NCBI GenBank assembly: GCA_963751275.1
Contig: CAVVTZ010000009.1
Coordinates: forward strand, 64,001 to 128,000
Direction: 5' to 3'
Length of the DNA: 64,000 bases
From: an uncultured Gemmatimonadaceae bacterium
Lineage (GTDB): Bacteria; Gemmatimonadota; Gemmatimonadetes; Gemmatimonadales; Gemmatimonadaceae
A program made the translations under genes and the position numbers. Shown piece after piece: positions 41,152-49,602 of the stretch; within the stretch, counting starts at the first letter, position 1; every line of letters begins with the position of its first letter. The notes below the pieces were generated by a model, which saw nothing but the letters and a program-made list of their open reading frames with translations, ran no database searches and was not told the DNA's origin.

Positions 41152-42527
41152 CGTCACCACTCGCCCCCGACCTCGAGCAGTTCCTCGCCAAGAACGACAA
41201 GAAAGCGCACGAGGAACTGTTCGACTTCCTGCGCATGCCGAGTGTGAGCGCGCGTTCGGAACACACCCCCGACATCCGGAAGTGCGCCGCCTGGGTGCAG
41301 GCGGCGCTCAAGACCGCCGGGATGAAGGCGGAGATCATGGAGACCGGCGGGCATCCCGTGGTGCTGGGCGAGTGGCGCGGGGCGGGGGAGAAGGCGCCCA
41401 CCGTGCTGGTGTACGGGCACTACGACGTGCAGCCGGCCGAGCCGCTGGACCTGTGGACGACGCCGCCCTTCGAACCGGTGATCCGCGATGGCCGCATCTA
41501 CGCGCGCGGCTCGGTGGACGACAAGGGGCAGCTGTTCCTGCACATCAAGGCGATCCAGGCGCACCTGAGCGCGCGCGGCAAGCTGCCGGTGAACATGATC
41601 GTGCTCGCGGAGGGCGAAGAGGAGGTGGGGAGCGAGAATCTCGAGAAATTCATCGAGAAGCATTCCGAGCGGCTCGCGTGCGACTACGTGGTGATCTCGG
41701 ATTCGTCAATGTTCGCGCCGGGATTGCCGAGCATCCTGAGTTCGCTGCGCGGCCTCGCGTATTTCCAGATCGATGTGCAGGCGGCGGCGGGCGATCTGCA
41801 TTCGGGCAGCTATGGCGGCGCCGTGGCGAATCCGGCCACGGTGCTGGCGCGGATCATCGCCAGCTTCCATGACGCGAACGGCCACGTCGCGATCCCGGGT
41901 TTCTACGACAAAGTGCGCGAATGGGATGCCGCATCGCGCGAGGCGCTGCGCAAGCTGCCCTTCAGCGACAAGACTTTCCTGGAAGAAGCCACCGCGCCGG
42001 CCGCCGTTGGTGAGAAGGGCTATTCGACGCTCGAGCGCGTATGGGCACGGCCGACGTGCGAGGTGAACGGCCTGCTGAGCGGGTACACGGGCGAGGGCGC
42101 GAAGACGGTGCTGCCCGCGAAGGCGATGGCGAAGGTGAGCTGCCGCCTCGTGCCCGATCAGTCACCGACCGAGATCGAGCAATTGATGAAGGCGCATATC
42201 AAGGCCGTGACCCCGCCGGGTGTGACGGTGACGGTGGAGCATTTGCATGGCGGCCGTCCCTGGCGCGCGGAGCTCTCGGGGCCATTGTTCGACGCCGCGC
42301 GGCGCGCCTTGAAGACGGCGTTCGCGAAGGACCCGGTGATCGTGGGGGAGGGAGGGTCGATTCCCGTTGTCGGCGATTTCCAACGCGTGCTGGGGGCGCC
42401 TGTTCTGCTAGTGGGATTTGGATTGCCGGGGGAGAATGCGCATGCGCCGAATGAGTGGATGAGTGATGTGAATTTTGTGAAGGGGATGCGTGCGATGGCG
42501 GCGTTGTGGGATGAATTGAAAGGCTGA
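41148..42527 (+). CDS. M20-family dipeptidase
   Basis: YGHYDVQP, YARGSVDDKGQ, EGEEEVGS, GDLHSG, GGSIP, HAPNE. Confidence 0.93.
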   Translation: MTSPLAPDLEQFLAKNDKKAHEELFDFLRMPSVSARSEHTPDIRKCAAWVQAALKTAGMKAEIMETGGHPVVLGEWRGAGEKAPTVLVYGHYDVQPAEPLDLWTTPPFEPVIRDGRIYARGSVDDKGQLFLHIKAIQAHLSARGKLPVNMIVLAEGEEEVGSENLEKFIEKHSERLACDYVVISDSSMFAPGLPSILSSLRGLAYFQIDVQAAAGDLHSGSYGGAVANPATVLARIIASFHDANGHVAIPGFYDKVREWDAASREALRKLPFSDKTFLEEATAPAAVGEKGYSTLERVWARPTCEVNGLLSGYTGEGAKTVLPAKAMAKVSCRLVPDQSPTEIEQLMKAHIKAVTPPGVTVTVEHLHGGRPWRAELSGPLFDAARRALKTAFAKDPVIVGEGGSIPVVGDFQRVLGAPVLLVGFGLPGENAHAPNEWMSDVNFVKGMRAMAALWDELKG

Positions 42528-42803
42528 ACTACAGTCCATCACCTGCACGCTTCACGTTGCAGTAAACAGCAAACAGTCCCCAGAATGGCACGGCAGTCGA
42601 CAGTCAACAGTCAACAGCTCACAGCAATCCGATCACGAACGACGCGGGCCTCTCGATCCTGAATCGGAATCGAGAGGCCCGCTCGCCCGCTGTAATGTTT
42701 TCTGTGAACTGTTGACTGTTGACTGTCGACTGGCAGTCACTTGTGACTGTTTGCTGTTTACTGCAAAGTCAGGCGTGCAAGTGACAGTAGTAAACAGTTC
42801 AGC
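42527..42803. repeat. About 275-bp palindrome with CAGTCAA heptamers and a central terminator-like hairpin (family F5)
   Basis: TTGCAGTAAACAGCAAACAGTC/GACTGTTTGCTGTTTACTGCAA and CAGTCGACAGTCAACAGTCAACAG/CTGTTGACTGTTGACTGTCGACTG arms; core GCGGGCCTCTCGAT...ATCGAGAGGCCCGC between convergent genes. Confidence 0.85.
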
Positions 42804-42805
42804 GG

Positions 42806-44359
42806 CTAGAGCCCAGAGAGCAGCGCGTCGTTATTCGTCGTCGCCCCGATCCGCTTGATCAACCACTCCATCGCCGCCTGCGGCGGCATCTGCCCCAGCC
42901 CGCGGCGCAATGTATACACCGCCTCGATCTGGTCCGCCTTGAACAATTTCTCTTCCTTCCGCGTGCCCGACGTCGCGATATCGATCGCCGGATAGATCCG
43001 CTTCTCCGCAAGCGAGCGGTCGAGCTTGATCTCGCAATTGCCCGTTCCCTTGAACTCCTCGAAGATCACGTCGTCCATCCGCGAGCCCGTCTCCACGAGC
43101 GCGGTGGCGATGATCGTCAATGATCCGCCGCCGTTCTCGGGGGCGACGCAGCGCGCCGAACCGAAGAACGCCTTGGGTTTCGCCATCGCGGTCGCATCCA
43201 ATCCGCCGCTCAGCGTGCGTCCCGTGCCGCGCTCCACGGAATTGTACGCGCGCGCCATGCGGGTGAGCGAATCGAGCACGATCACGACATCCCGCCCGCT
43301 CTCCACCAGGCGCCGCGCGCGCTCGAGCACCATCTCGGTGACCTCGGTGTGCCGCTCCGCGGGCTGGTCGAAGCTCGACGCGATCACTTCGCCGCGTCCC
43401 CACGAGATCATTTCGCTCACTTCTTCGGGCCGCTCATCGACGAGCAGCACGAGCAGCGCCGCCTCGGGGTGATTGAGCGCCACGCCCTCCGTGATCGCCT
43501 GCAGCAGCATCGTCTTGCCGGCGCGCGCGGGCGCCACGATCAGCGCGCGCTGGCCGTAGCCAATGGGCGCGATGAGATCGATCGCGCGGCGCGTGAGCTC
43601 CGGTCCCCCCTTCGCGGGGCGGCCCGTCTCGAGGGTCAGTTTGCGGTCGGGATACGAGGCGATGAGCGCGGTGAAATCGGTGCGCTTGAGCGCGAGCGCC
43701 GGATCGGCCTCGTTGATCGTGAGGATCTCAGCGACGACGGTACGGCCCCGATGATCGTGCCCCGTGCTCGCTTCCACCAGATCGCCGCGGCGCAGCGCGA
43801 ACTGCCGCACCAAGTGCAGCGGGACGAACGCGTCGGCCGGCGTCGGGAGGTAACTCTCGGCGGCGCGGCGAATGTACCCGCCGTCGCGGCCCGCATCGAA
43901 CCATCCGAGCGTGGCGCCATCCGGGACGATCGGCACCGGCGGGCCGGAAGGCACGTGCTGCTGTTGCTGATTCTGATTCTGCTGATGATCCGGGCGGGGT
44001 CCGCCGCGTCCGCGGCCGCGCCGCCCGCGGCGGCCATTGTTCCGCTGTTCATTGTGCTGCTGCGGCCGGTGCTGGTGCCGCGGATTCTGATTCCCGCCGC
44101 TGTTCATCTCGCCGGCGCCGCTCCCGCCTCCGCCGCTTCCGCTGTCCGAAGGCATCGCCCCCTCGCCGCCGCCCGTCGCATCGGAAGCGCCTTGCTCCGT
44201 CCCGACGCTGAATGAGCCGCCGCCGCTCTCGCCGGAGGACGTAGGCTGGTCGTCGCGATAGGGACTCGATTCCATGTTCGGATCACGGTTGGGGTCACGG
44301 TTCGGGCGGTGCGGTCTATTCCCGCGACCGCGCCGGGGCGGACGTCTGCGTTCGTTCAT
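42806..44359 (-). CDS. rho: Transcription termination factor Rho with disordered N-terminal region
   Basis: IDLIAPIGYGQR, APARAGKT, LVDERPEEV, LDSLTRMARAYN, GRTLSGG, IFEEFKGTGN, PAIDIATSGTRKEE. Confidence 0.95.
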   Translation of the reverse strand: MNERRRPPRRGRGNRPHRPNRDPNRDPNMESSPYRDDQPTSSGESGGGSFSVGTEQGASDATGGGEGAMPSDSGSGGGGSGAGEMNSGGNQNPRHQHRPQQHNEQRNNGRRGRRGRGRGGPRPDHQQNQNQQQQHVPSGPPVPIVPDGATLGWFDAGRDGGYIRRAAESYLPTPADAFVPLHLVRQFALRRGDLVEASTGHDHRGRTVVAEILTINEADPALALKRTDFTALIASYPDRKLTLETGRPAKGGPELTRRAIDLIAPIGYGQRALIVAPARAGKTMLLQAITEGVALNHPEAALLVLLVDERPEEVSEMISWGRGEVIASSFDQPAERHTEVTEMVLERARRLVESGRDVVIVLDSLTRMARAYNSVERGTGRTLSGGLDATAMAKPKAFFGSARCVAPENGGGSLTIIATALVETGSRMDDVIFEEFKGTGNCEIKLDRSLAEKRIYPAIDIATSGTRKEEKLFKADQIEAVYTLRRGLGQMPPQAAMEWLIKRIGATTNNDALLSGL

Positions 44360-44728
44360 GCGGTGTGGCGTGATGGAAGGTGTGCGTCGCGCAGCGCCGC
44401 GCCGTCCCGATTGGACGGATGCCGGCCGCGCCTCGTGCTTCAATGTGTTGCTGCGATATGGTGCACTCTCTAGGAACAACGGGCCCGCGGGGCGCGGACA
44501 CTGCACGCGCGATCCGGGTTGCGACCAGCCATGATGCGTTGCGCGGCGCGAACGACGCGACCGCCAAACGGCACCGCCTGGGCCCTGCGATCTGACTTGG
44601 GATGGCCGACGGTCACCCGCTCCGCGGCCCCCTCAATTCTCGCCAATCCACCGCGATTCCGCAACACCCACCCTGACTACAGACCTGCCCGAACAAGCGC
44701 CGCGGTCGATCCTACAGACCGGCAGTAG

Positions 44729-44918
44729 CACCCCGAACTCCGTCCTTCGTCCCCCGAACTCCGCCATTGGCGATTGACGTGTGGTACCAGCTACGGCGTT
44801 GCTGGCATGGTGTAAACGCCATGCCAAGTACGTTTGAGCCGTTGCCACACCTTAGTGGCCAATAGCGGAGTTCGGGGGCCAACAACGTTGTTCGGGGTTC
44901 GACTAACGTTGTTCGGAC
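44729..44918. repeat. Palindromic element (family F3, short form)
   Basis: CCCCCGAACTCCGCCATTGGC ... GCCAATAGCGGAGTTCGGGGG; 21-nt period like 34491-34526. Confidence 0.8.
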
Positions 44919-44926
44919 CGCGCCCG

Positions 44927-45187
44927 CTACCTCTTATTCTTCTCCGCCACGGAGCGCTCAAGATCTCGCACCAGCGCAATGATCCGGCGCACGATGTCGA
45001 TCATGCGGTCCACCGCCGCGCCCTGCTCGGGGCCCAGCCCCGGCTCGGTGCGCAACAGCTGCGCCTCGGCGAGGAGCGCGGCCAACGGATTGTTGAGTTG
45101 ATGCTGCACGAGCGCCGTCAGCCGTTGCAATTCCGGCGACGAGAGCGGCTCCTGCTCTTTGGACGATGACTCTTTCGGCGGCGTCAC
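44927..45187 (-). CDS. Stand-alone HisKA/DHp domain protein (86 aa)
   Basis: H-box VQHQLNNPLAALLAEAQLL and a second helix, no ATPase domain; GGAGG SD before GTG. Confidence 0.7.
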   Translation of the reverse strand: MTPPKESSSKEQEPLSSPELQRLTALVQHQLNNPLAALLAEAQLLRTEPGLGPEQGAAVDRMIDIVRRIIALVRDLERSVAEKNKR

Positions 45188-45232
45188 GCGCGGTGCCTCC
45201 CCTCGGGTCTCTACTATATCTTCAGGACACTC

Positions 45233-45832
45233 ATGGGTTCCCCTAAGATACCGGGTGGCACCGCCGCCGAGCTCGCGAGCGCCGTGGAGAGCTATCGCGA
45301 GACGAACGATTTCTCCGTGCTCCTCGACCGGCTGCTCGCCATCTCGGTGGCCGCCGATCTCGAAGAACTGATCGCCGCCGTCGAGCCATACCGGACGATC
45401 CCGGAGATCGCCGGCCCGGTGTACGAGCGCGTGGTGGCGGAGCGTCCGCACGATGCCCGCGCGCTCGTGACGCTCGCCAACTCGTACTGGCTGAGCGGCC
45501 GCGGCGCCGAGGCCACCGGCGAACTCGCGCAGCGCGCGATGGCCGCCGACCCGGAGAATCGTGCGGCGTGGCATCTCTGGGCGCTCACCGAACCCGAGCC
45601 GCGCGCGCGCATGACGCGATGGAAGCAGGTGAGCGAGCGCTTTCCGGCCGACGACCTCGCGCGCGCGACGCTCGCCGACGCCGCCGCGAGCGTGGCCGGC
45701 GCCGAGCGGGACCGCGAGGCGCTGCAGCTGGCGATCCGGAGCTACGACGCACTGCTCAAGACGGCGGCTCTCCCGGAGCAGAAGGCCGCCCTTGAGAGTG
45801 CGCTAACTACGTTGCGCGCCTGGAATCTCTGA
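45233..45832 (+). CDS. Hypothetical all-helical (TPR-like) protein
   Basis: YERVVAERPHDARALVTLANSYWLSGR and AQRAMAADPENRAAW TPR-like pattern. Confidence 0.6.
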   Translation: MGSPKIPGGTAAELASAVESYRETNDFSVLLDRLLAISVAADLEELIAAVEPYRTIPEIAGPVYERVVAERPHDARALVTLANSYWLSGRGAEATGELAQRAMAADPENRAAWHLWALTEPEPRARMTRWKQVSERFPADDLARATLADAAASVAGAERDREALQLAIRSYDALLKTAALPEQKAALESALTTLRAWNL

Positions 45833-45884
45833 ACCGCAGTCCTAGACGCTAGACGCTACACGCTGTGACGCGGGATTCCGACCT

Positions 45885-46709
45885 TCAATGGAAATGAAAC
45901 ATGAACGGCATCTCCACCCATTGTGCCACCGGGCAACCGTTGGACATTGCCGGCGTCCACCGGTACTGCGCGACCGCGGCGATCACGGCGTCAACGTATT
46001 CCTTGTGCTTCCCTTCCACGGCGCGCACGCTGTCCATCACGGGGCGGCCATCGCGGCCCACCAGCACCTGCACGATCACGTCGTCCTCGACGCGCGCGTC
46101 CTCCAGCTTCTTCGGCCACTTCGGGTAGATGTTCGTGGGGATGAGGTGCGCGGAGCGGTCGATCGTGTTGAGCGGCCGCAGCGCCATCAGTTTCTGCGGA
46201 TAGAATCCGAGCGACGGATCGAGCGACAGCTGGATGCGCATCTGCAGGGTGTCGCGGCCGTCGGTGGAGAAGAAGCTCACCTTGTCGACGCCCATTTGTT
46301 CCGCGGCGTTGATCAGCGCCGAATCCATGCGCGCGTCGGCGGTGGTGAGTTTGAGATGGATCTTGTCCACGCGGCCGTCCGCGCTCTGCGTGAAGCGCAC
46401 TTGGCCCAGCATCGGCATGAACGTGTTCGCGCCGCTCGCGCGCAGCTTCACCATCGTCGCCGCGGCCGCCTGCATGGAACTGAGATCCATCGGCTGGATG
46501 AACCGCGCGACGTACTCCTGCAGCAGCGACCCTCGCAGCCGCCGCAGCTCCGCGCTCTCGGAACTATCCTGCGGTATCGAAGCGAACACGGTGAGGATCG
46601 GGCTGATCCCGTGTGAAGCGGGATCCGTGGCGCACTGCGCGCCCGGCGACTGCGCGGGAACGGAGACCAGAAGGCAGCTGAGAATCTGGACTCGCGCCGC
46701 CATTCTCAT
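45885..46709 (-). CDS. Secreted TonB C-terminal domain protein
   Basis: YPKWPKKLEDARVEDDVIVQVLVGRDG...YRWTPAMSNGCPVAQWVEMPFMF. Confidence 0.75.
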   Translation of the reverse strand: MRMAARVQILSCLLVSVPAQSPGAQCATDPASHGISPILTVFASIPQDSSESAELRRLRGSLLQEYVARFIQPMDLSSMQAAAATMVKLRASGANTFMPMLGQVRFTQSADGRVDKIHLKLTTADARMDSALINAAEQMGVDKVSFFSTDGRDTLQMRIQLSLDPSLGFYPQKLMALRPLNTIDRSAHLIPTNIYPKWPKKLEDARVEDDVIVQVLVGRDGRPVMDSVRAVEGKHKEYVDAVIAAVAQYRWTPAMSNGCPVAQWVEMPFMFHFH

Positions 46710-46765
46710 TCGCACCCTCCGAACCGTTGGCGACAGCCGTCAGCCGTCAGTCTGCCGTTAGGCTC

Positions 46766-47167
46766 TTAGGCTCTCGCTCCCTTCTTCTTCCCCGCGAGCC
46801 CCGTCAGCACTCCCAACAGCTCCGTCAGATCGAACGGCTTCGCGATCACCGGGCATCCGCACGCGTCGATCAGGTCCATCGCGTGATCGCTCGAGTCGCC
46901 GGTGGTGAACACGGTGCACGCGCGCAGCTGCGGCTGCAGGCTCGCCGCCAGCTCGAAGAGCACGTCGCCGCGCATGTCCGGCACCCGCAGGTCCACCACC
47001 ATGAAGTCGAAGTGTTCGGTGCGCAACAGGGCGAGCGCCACCTCGCCGCTTTCGACGGCCCGCACGTCGTATCCGTTCCGCGTGAACGCGATGGTCAATG
47101 CGCGGCAGATGGACGGTTCATCGTCCACCACGAGGATCCGCGCATGCTCATTGAACAGCCTCATCAT
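46766..47167 (-). CDS. Single-domain response regulator (CheY/Spo0F-like)
   Basis: ILVVDDE, VVDLRVPDMRG, VFTTG, IAKPF. Confidence 0.9.
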   Translation of the reverse strand: MMRLFNEHARILVVDDEPSICRALTIAFTRNGYDVRAVESGEVALALLRTEHFDFMVVDLRVPDMRGDVLFELAASLQPQLRACTVFTTGDSSDHAMDLIDACGCPVIAKPFDLTELLGVLTGLAGKKKGARA

Positions 47168-47948
47168 CCCTCTCTCCCTGACGGCGCATCATCGCCGTTA
47201 ACACTTCCATGAACCGCTCGGGCGGCAACCGCTCCCGAAGGGTCGACGGGGAAAGTCCCGTCGTCGCCCGCACCTGCCGCGAGAAGACCCGCGGCGAGGC
47301 GTACCCCAGCTTCTTCGTGATGTCCTCCAGCAGGTACCCTTTCTCTCCCAGATAGTGGTACGCCTGCGCGAGCCGCGCGGTGAAGATCAGCACTCTCGCC
47401 GAGGCGAGTCCCCGCTTCACCAGCCACCGGTCCAAGTTGCGGCGCGTCATGCCCGCGGCGTGCGCGAGCGATTCGACGCCCTGGATCAGGTGCGGCGCTT
47501 CGTACATCCGCGCGAGCGCCCGTTGCAGCAGCGGCATCGCGCCTTCCAACCGGTCGTTGATCGACGCCAGCGCCGCTCCGCCAAGCCGGTGCGCCGGCAG
47601 CCGCTCGAGCATCTCCTTCAAGCGGCGCGGTTCATCGTCGAAGCCGCGCAACACCACGTGCCGCACGCCGCGCTGCGCGAGCGATACGGTGGTCCTCAAC
47701 GTCTCCGCCGCGAGCGAGGTGTAGACCACCACCGGCAGCGTCGGATACCGCTCCATCAATTCGAACACCGGCTCGATCTCGGTGCTGCCATCGACCCGCG
47801 GGTCGATCACGAGCACATCGACGGGTTGCTTCCGCACGACGGAGATGAGTTCGGTCCAGCCGGTGACACCGGTCAGACCGTGCTCATCGCCCAGCACGCG
47901 GCGCAAATAGGCGAGGACGGGAGGAGGGAGGCGGGCGGCGACTTCCAA
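47148..47948 (-). CDS. AraC-family regulator with degenerate receiver-like N-terminus
   Basis: LAHAAGMTRRNLDR and LEDITKKLGYASPRVFSRQVRATTGLSP HTH pair; N-terminal VDVLVIDP...PVVVYT. Confidence 0.82.
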   Translation of the reverse strand: MEVAARLPPPVLAYLRRVLGDEHGLTGVTGWTELISVVRKQPVDVLVIDPRVDGSTEIEPVFELMERYPTLPVVVYTSLAAETLRTTVSLAQRGVRHVVLRGFDDEPRRLKEMLERLPAHRLGGAALASINDRLEGAMPLLQRALARMYEAPHLIQGVESLAHAAGMTRRNLDRWLVKRGLASARVLIFTARLAQAYHYLGEKGYLLEDITKKLGYASPRVFSRQVRATTGLSPSTLRERLPPERFMEVLTAMMRRQGERDDEAVQ

Positions 47949-48074
47949 GGGGGGACACTAAGGTTGTCCTAAAAACGCACCTTACTGTCCGAAAATGCTC
48001 GTCTGCCCCGAAGAACGCTACGGTAGCTTTGCCTGCGAGTGGAACCGCCGTCCCAACTCCCACGCGAGGCTACC

Positions 48075-48206
48075 ATGATCCGTCGCCTGTTCGCCCTACT
48101 CGTTCTCGTCGCCGCCGCCTCTGCCGCCACGGCGTGCACTTCGCCCACCGCCCCGAAGGCCGACTGCGCCGTCACCGGCGGCAGCGGGAACTGCGCCAGC
48201 CGCTAG
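48075..48206 (+). CDS. 43-aa secreted/lipo-peptide
   Basis: MIRRLFALLVLVAAASAATACTSPTAPKADCAVTGGSGNCASR*; GAGG SD; n/h-region and lipobox-like ATAC; followed by a strong hairpin. Confidence 0.75.
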   Translation: MIRRLFALLVLVAAASAATACTSPTAPKADCAVTGGSGNCASR

Positions 48207-48226
48207 TTCGCGGCTGACTTTCACGC

Positions 48227-48260
48227 CGAAGGGCCGCGGGCGCCAACCCGCGGCCCTTCG
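48227..48260. terminator. GC-rich hairpin between convergent peptide and TPR genes
   Basis: CGAAGGGCCGCGGG-CGCCAA-CCCGCGGCCCTTCG, 14-bp perfect stem; no strong U-tract. Confidence 0.7.
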
Positions 48261-48267
48261 TGCATCG

Positions 48268-49509
48268 CTACACCTTGATGCCGGCGAGCTCGCGGATCTT
48301 CCGCACGCCCGCCGCCGCTTCTTCCACCATCGGCGTCGTCGCGGCCGGAACGGCCCCCTCGATGGCGATGCCGTCCTTCAAGTCTCCCAGCGCCTGCTCC
48401 GCGTGGAAGACCACCTGGCTCGATTGATGCTGGTGCGCGATCTCGAGCGCGCGCTCCAGTGCCACGCGCGCCTGCTCCGGCCGGTCGAACATCCGGAAGC
48501 CCTGCCCTGAATAGAAGAAGTACCAGGCCGAGAGCACCGGAGGCAGCGCGGCCGTGGAGAGCTCGCGGCGATACTGCTCGAACACCGGCTCGAAGTGATC
48601 CGCGCCGGCGAGCTCCATGAGGTTGATCGTCGCCTGCCAGCGCGTGAACTGCTCCTGCGCCGTGGCCGCGAGCACGAGGTTCGCGTCGCGCGCCGCGGTG
48701 TGCAGCCCGATCTCGAAGAAGCTGGCGGCGAGGTCGGCGAGCACTCGGTCGCGCGAATTGTCGGTGCGCACATCCTGCAGCGCGAGATACTGCATGGCGA
48801 TCGCCGCATCGTAGTCGCCGCGGCGGTGCGCGGTGTGCGCGCGGTCCTGCAGCGCCATCGCGCGGAGCTCCGTCATCCCGAGCTGCTCGGCGTCCAGGAT
48901 CGTCTGGTCGAGGATCGATTCCGCCTCAGGCAGATTGCCACGATCGGTGAGCACGTTCGCCTCGCCGATGCGCGCCTTGAGCATGCTCATGATGTCGCCC
49001 GTGAGCGCGGCGACTTCGCCGGCGCTGCCATACGCGTCCCACGCGTCGTCCCAGCGCGCGAGCGTGCGCGAGCAGGCGGCGATCATGAGGTTCGCGTTGA
49101 TCACGGTGTCCGCGTCGTTGAGCGGGTGGGCGTGCGCGAGCACCGTGCGGTACACATCGGTCGCGAGCGCCCATTCGCCATCCAGCTGCAGCGCGCGCGC
49201 GTACGCCATGAGGCGCGGCGTGACGAAGCGGACACTCGCGAAGGCGCCGGAGGGATCCATCGCCTCGAGGACCTTCAAGAGGAGCGCGCGGCTCGTGCTC
49301 CCATGGTCCATCGCTTCGACCGCTTCGCGCACCGCGCGCATCCCCCACGCATCGGGCGCCGCGACGTGCGGCCCTTCCATGACCCAGGCATCGACGAGTC
49401 GCAGCGTGACGAGTCCCGCGCTCATCGCGCGGAAGGTGGGGCTGCCCGCTTCGAGGTGGGAGATGCGCTCGAAGTACGGGAGATGAGAGAGCGAGGGGCC
49501 GGTGGTCAT
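48268..49509 (-). CDS. Cytoplasmic all-helical TPR protein (413 aa)
   Basis: About 40-residue helical repeats (YARALQLDGEWALATDVY, IAACSRTLARWDDAWDAY, EANVLTDRGNLPEAESIL, RAHTAHRRGDYDAAIAMQ); no signal peptide or HTH seen. Confidence 0.8.
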   Translation of the reverse strand: MTTGPSLSHLPYFERISHLEAGSPTFRAMSAGLVTLRLVDAWVMEGPHVAAPDAWGMRAVREAVEAMDHGSTSRALLLKVLEAMDPSGAFASVRFVTPRLMAYARALQLDGEWALATDVYRTVLAHAHPLNDADTVINANLMIAACSRTLARWDDAWDAYGSAGEVAALTGDIMSMLKARIGEANVLTDRGNLPEAESILDQTILDAEQLGMTELRAMALQDRAHTAHRRGDYDAAIAMQYLALQDVRTDNSRDRVLADLAASFFEIGLHTAARDANLVLAATAQEQFTRWQATINLMELAGADHFEPVFEQYRRELSTAALPPVLSAWYFFYSGQGFRMFDRPEQARVALERALEIAHQHQSSQVVFHAEQALGDLKDGIAIEGAVPAATTPMVEEAAAGVRKIRELAGIKV

Positions 49510-49602
49510 GGCGCGCAAGTTCAGTCCGCGCGAAATGGGCTTCAAGCGTGAATCAGGACAATCAGCGGACGAATTAGGACATTCTTAACTGCCGAACTGC
49601 GA

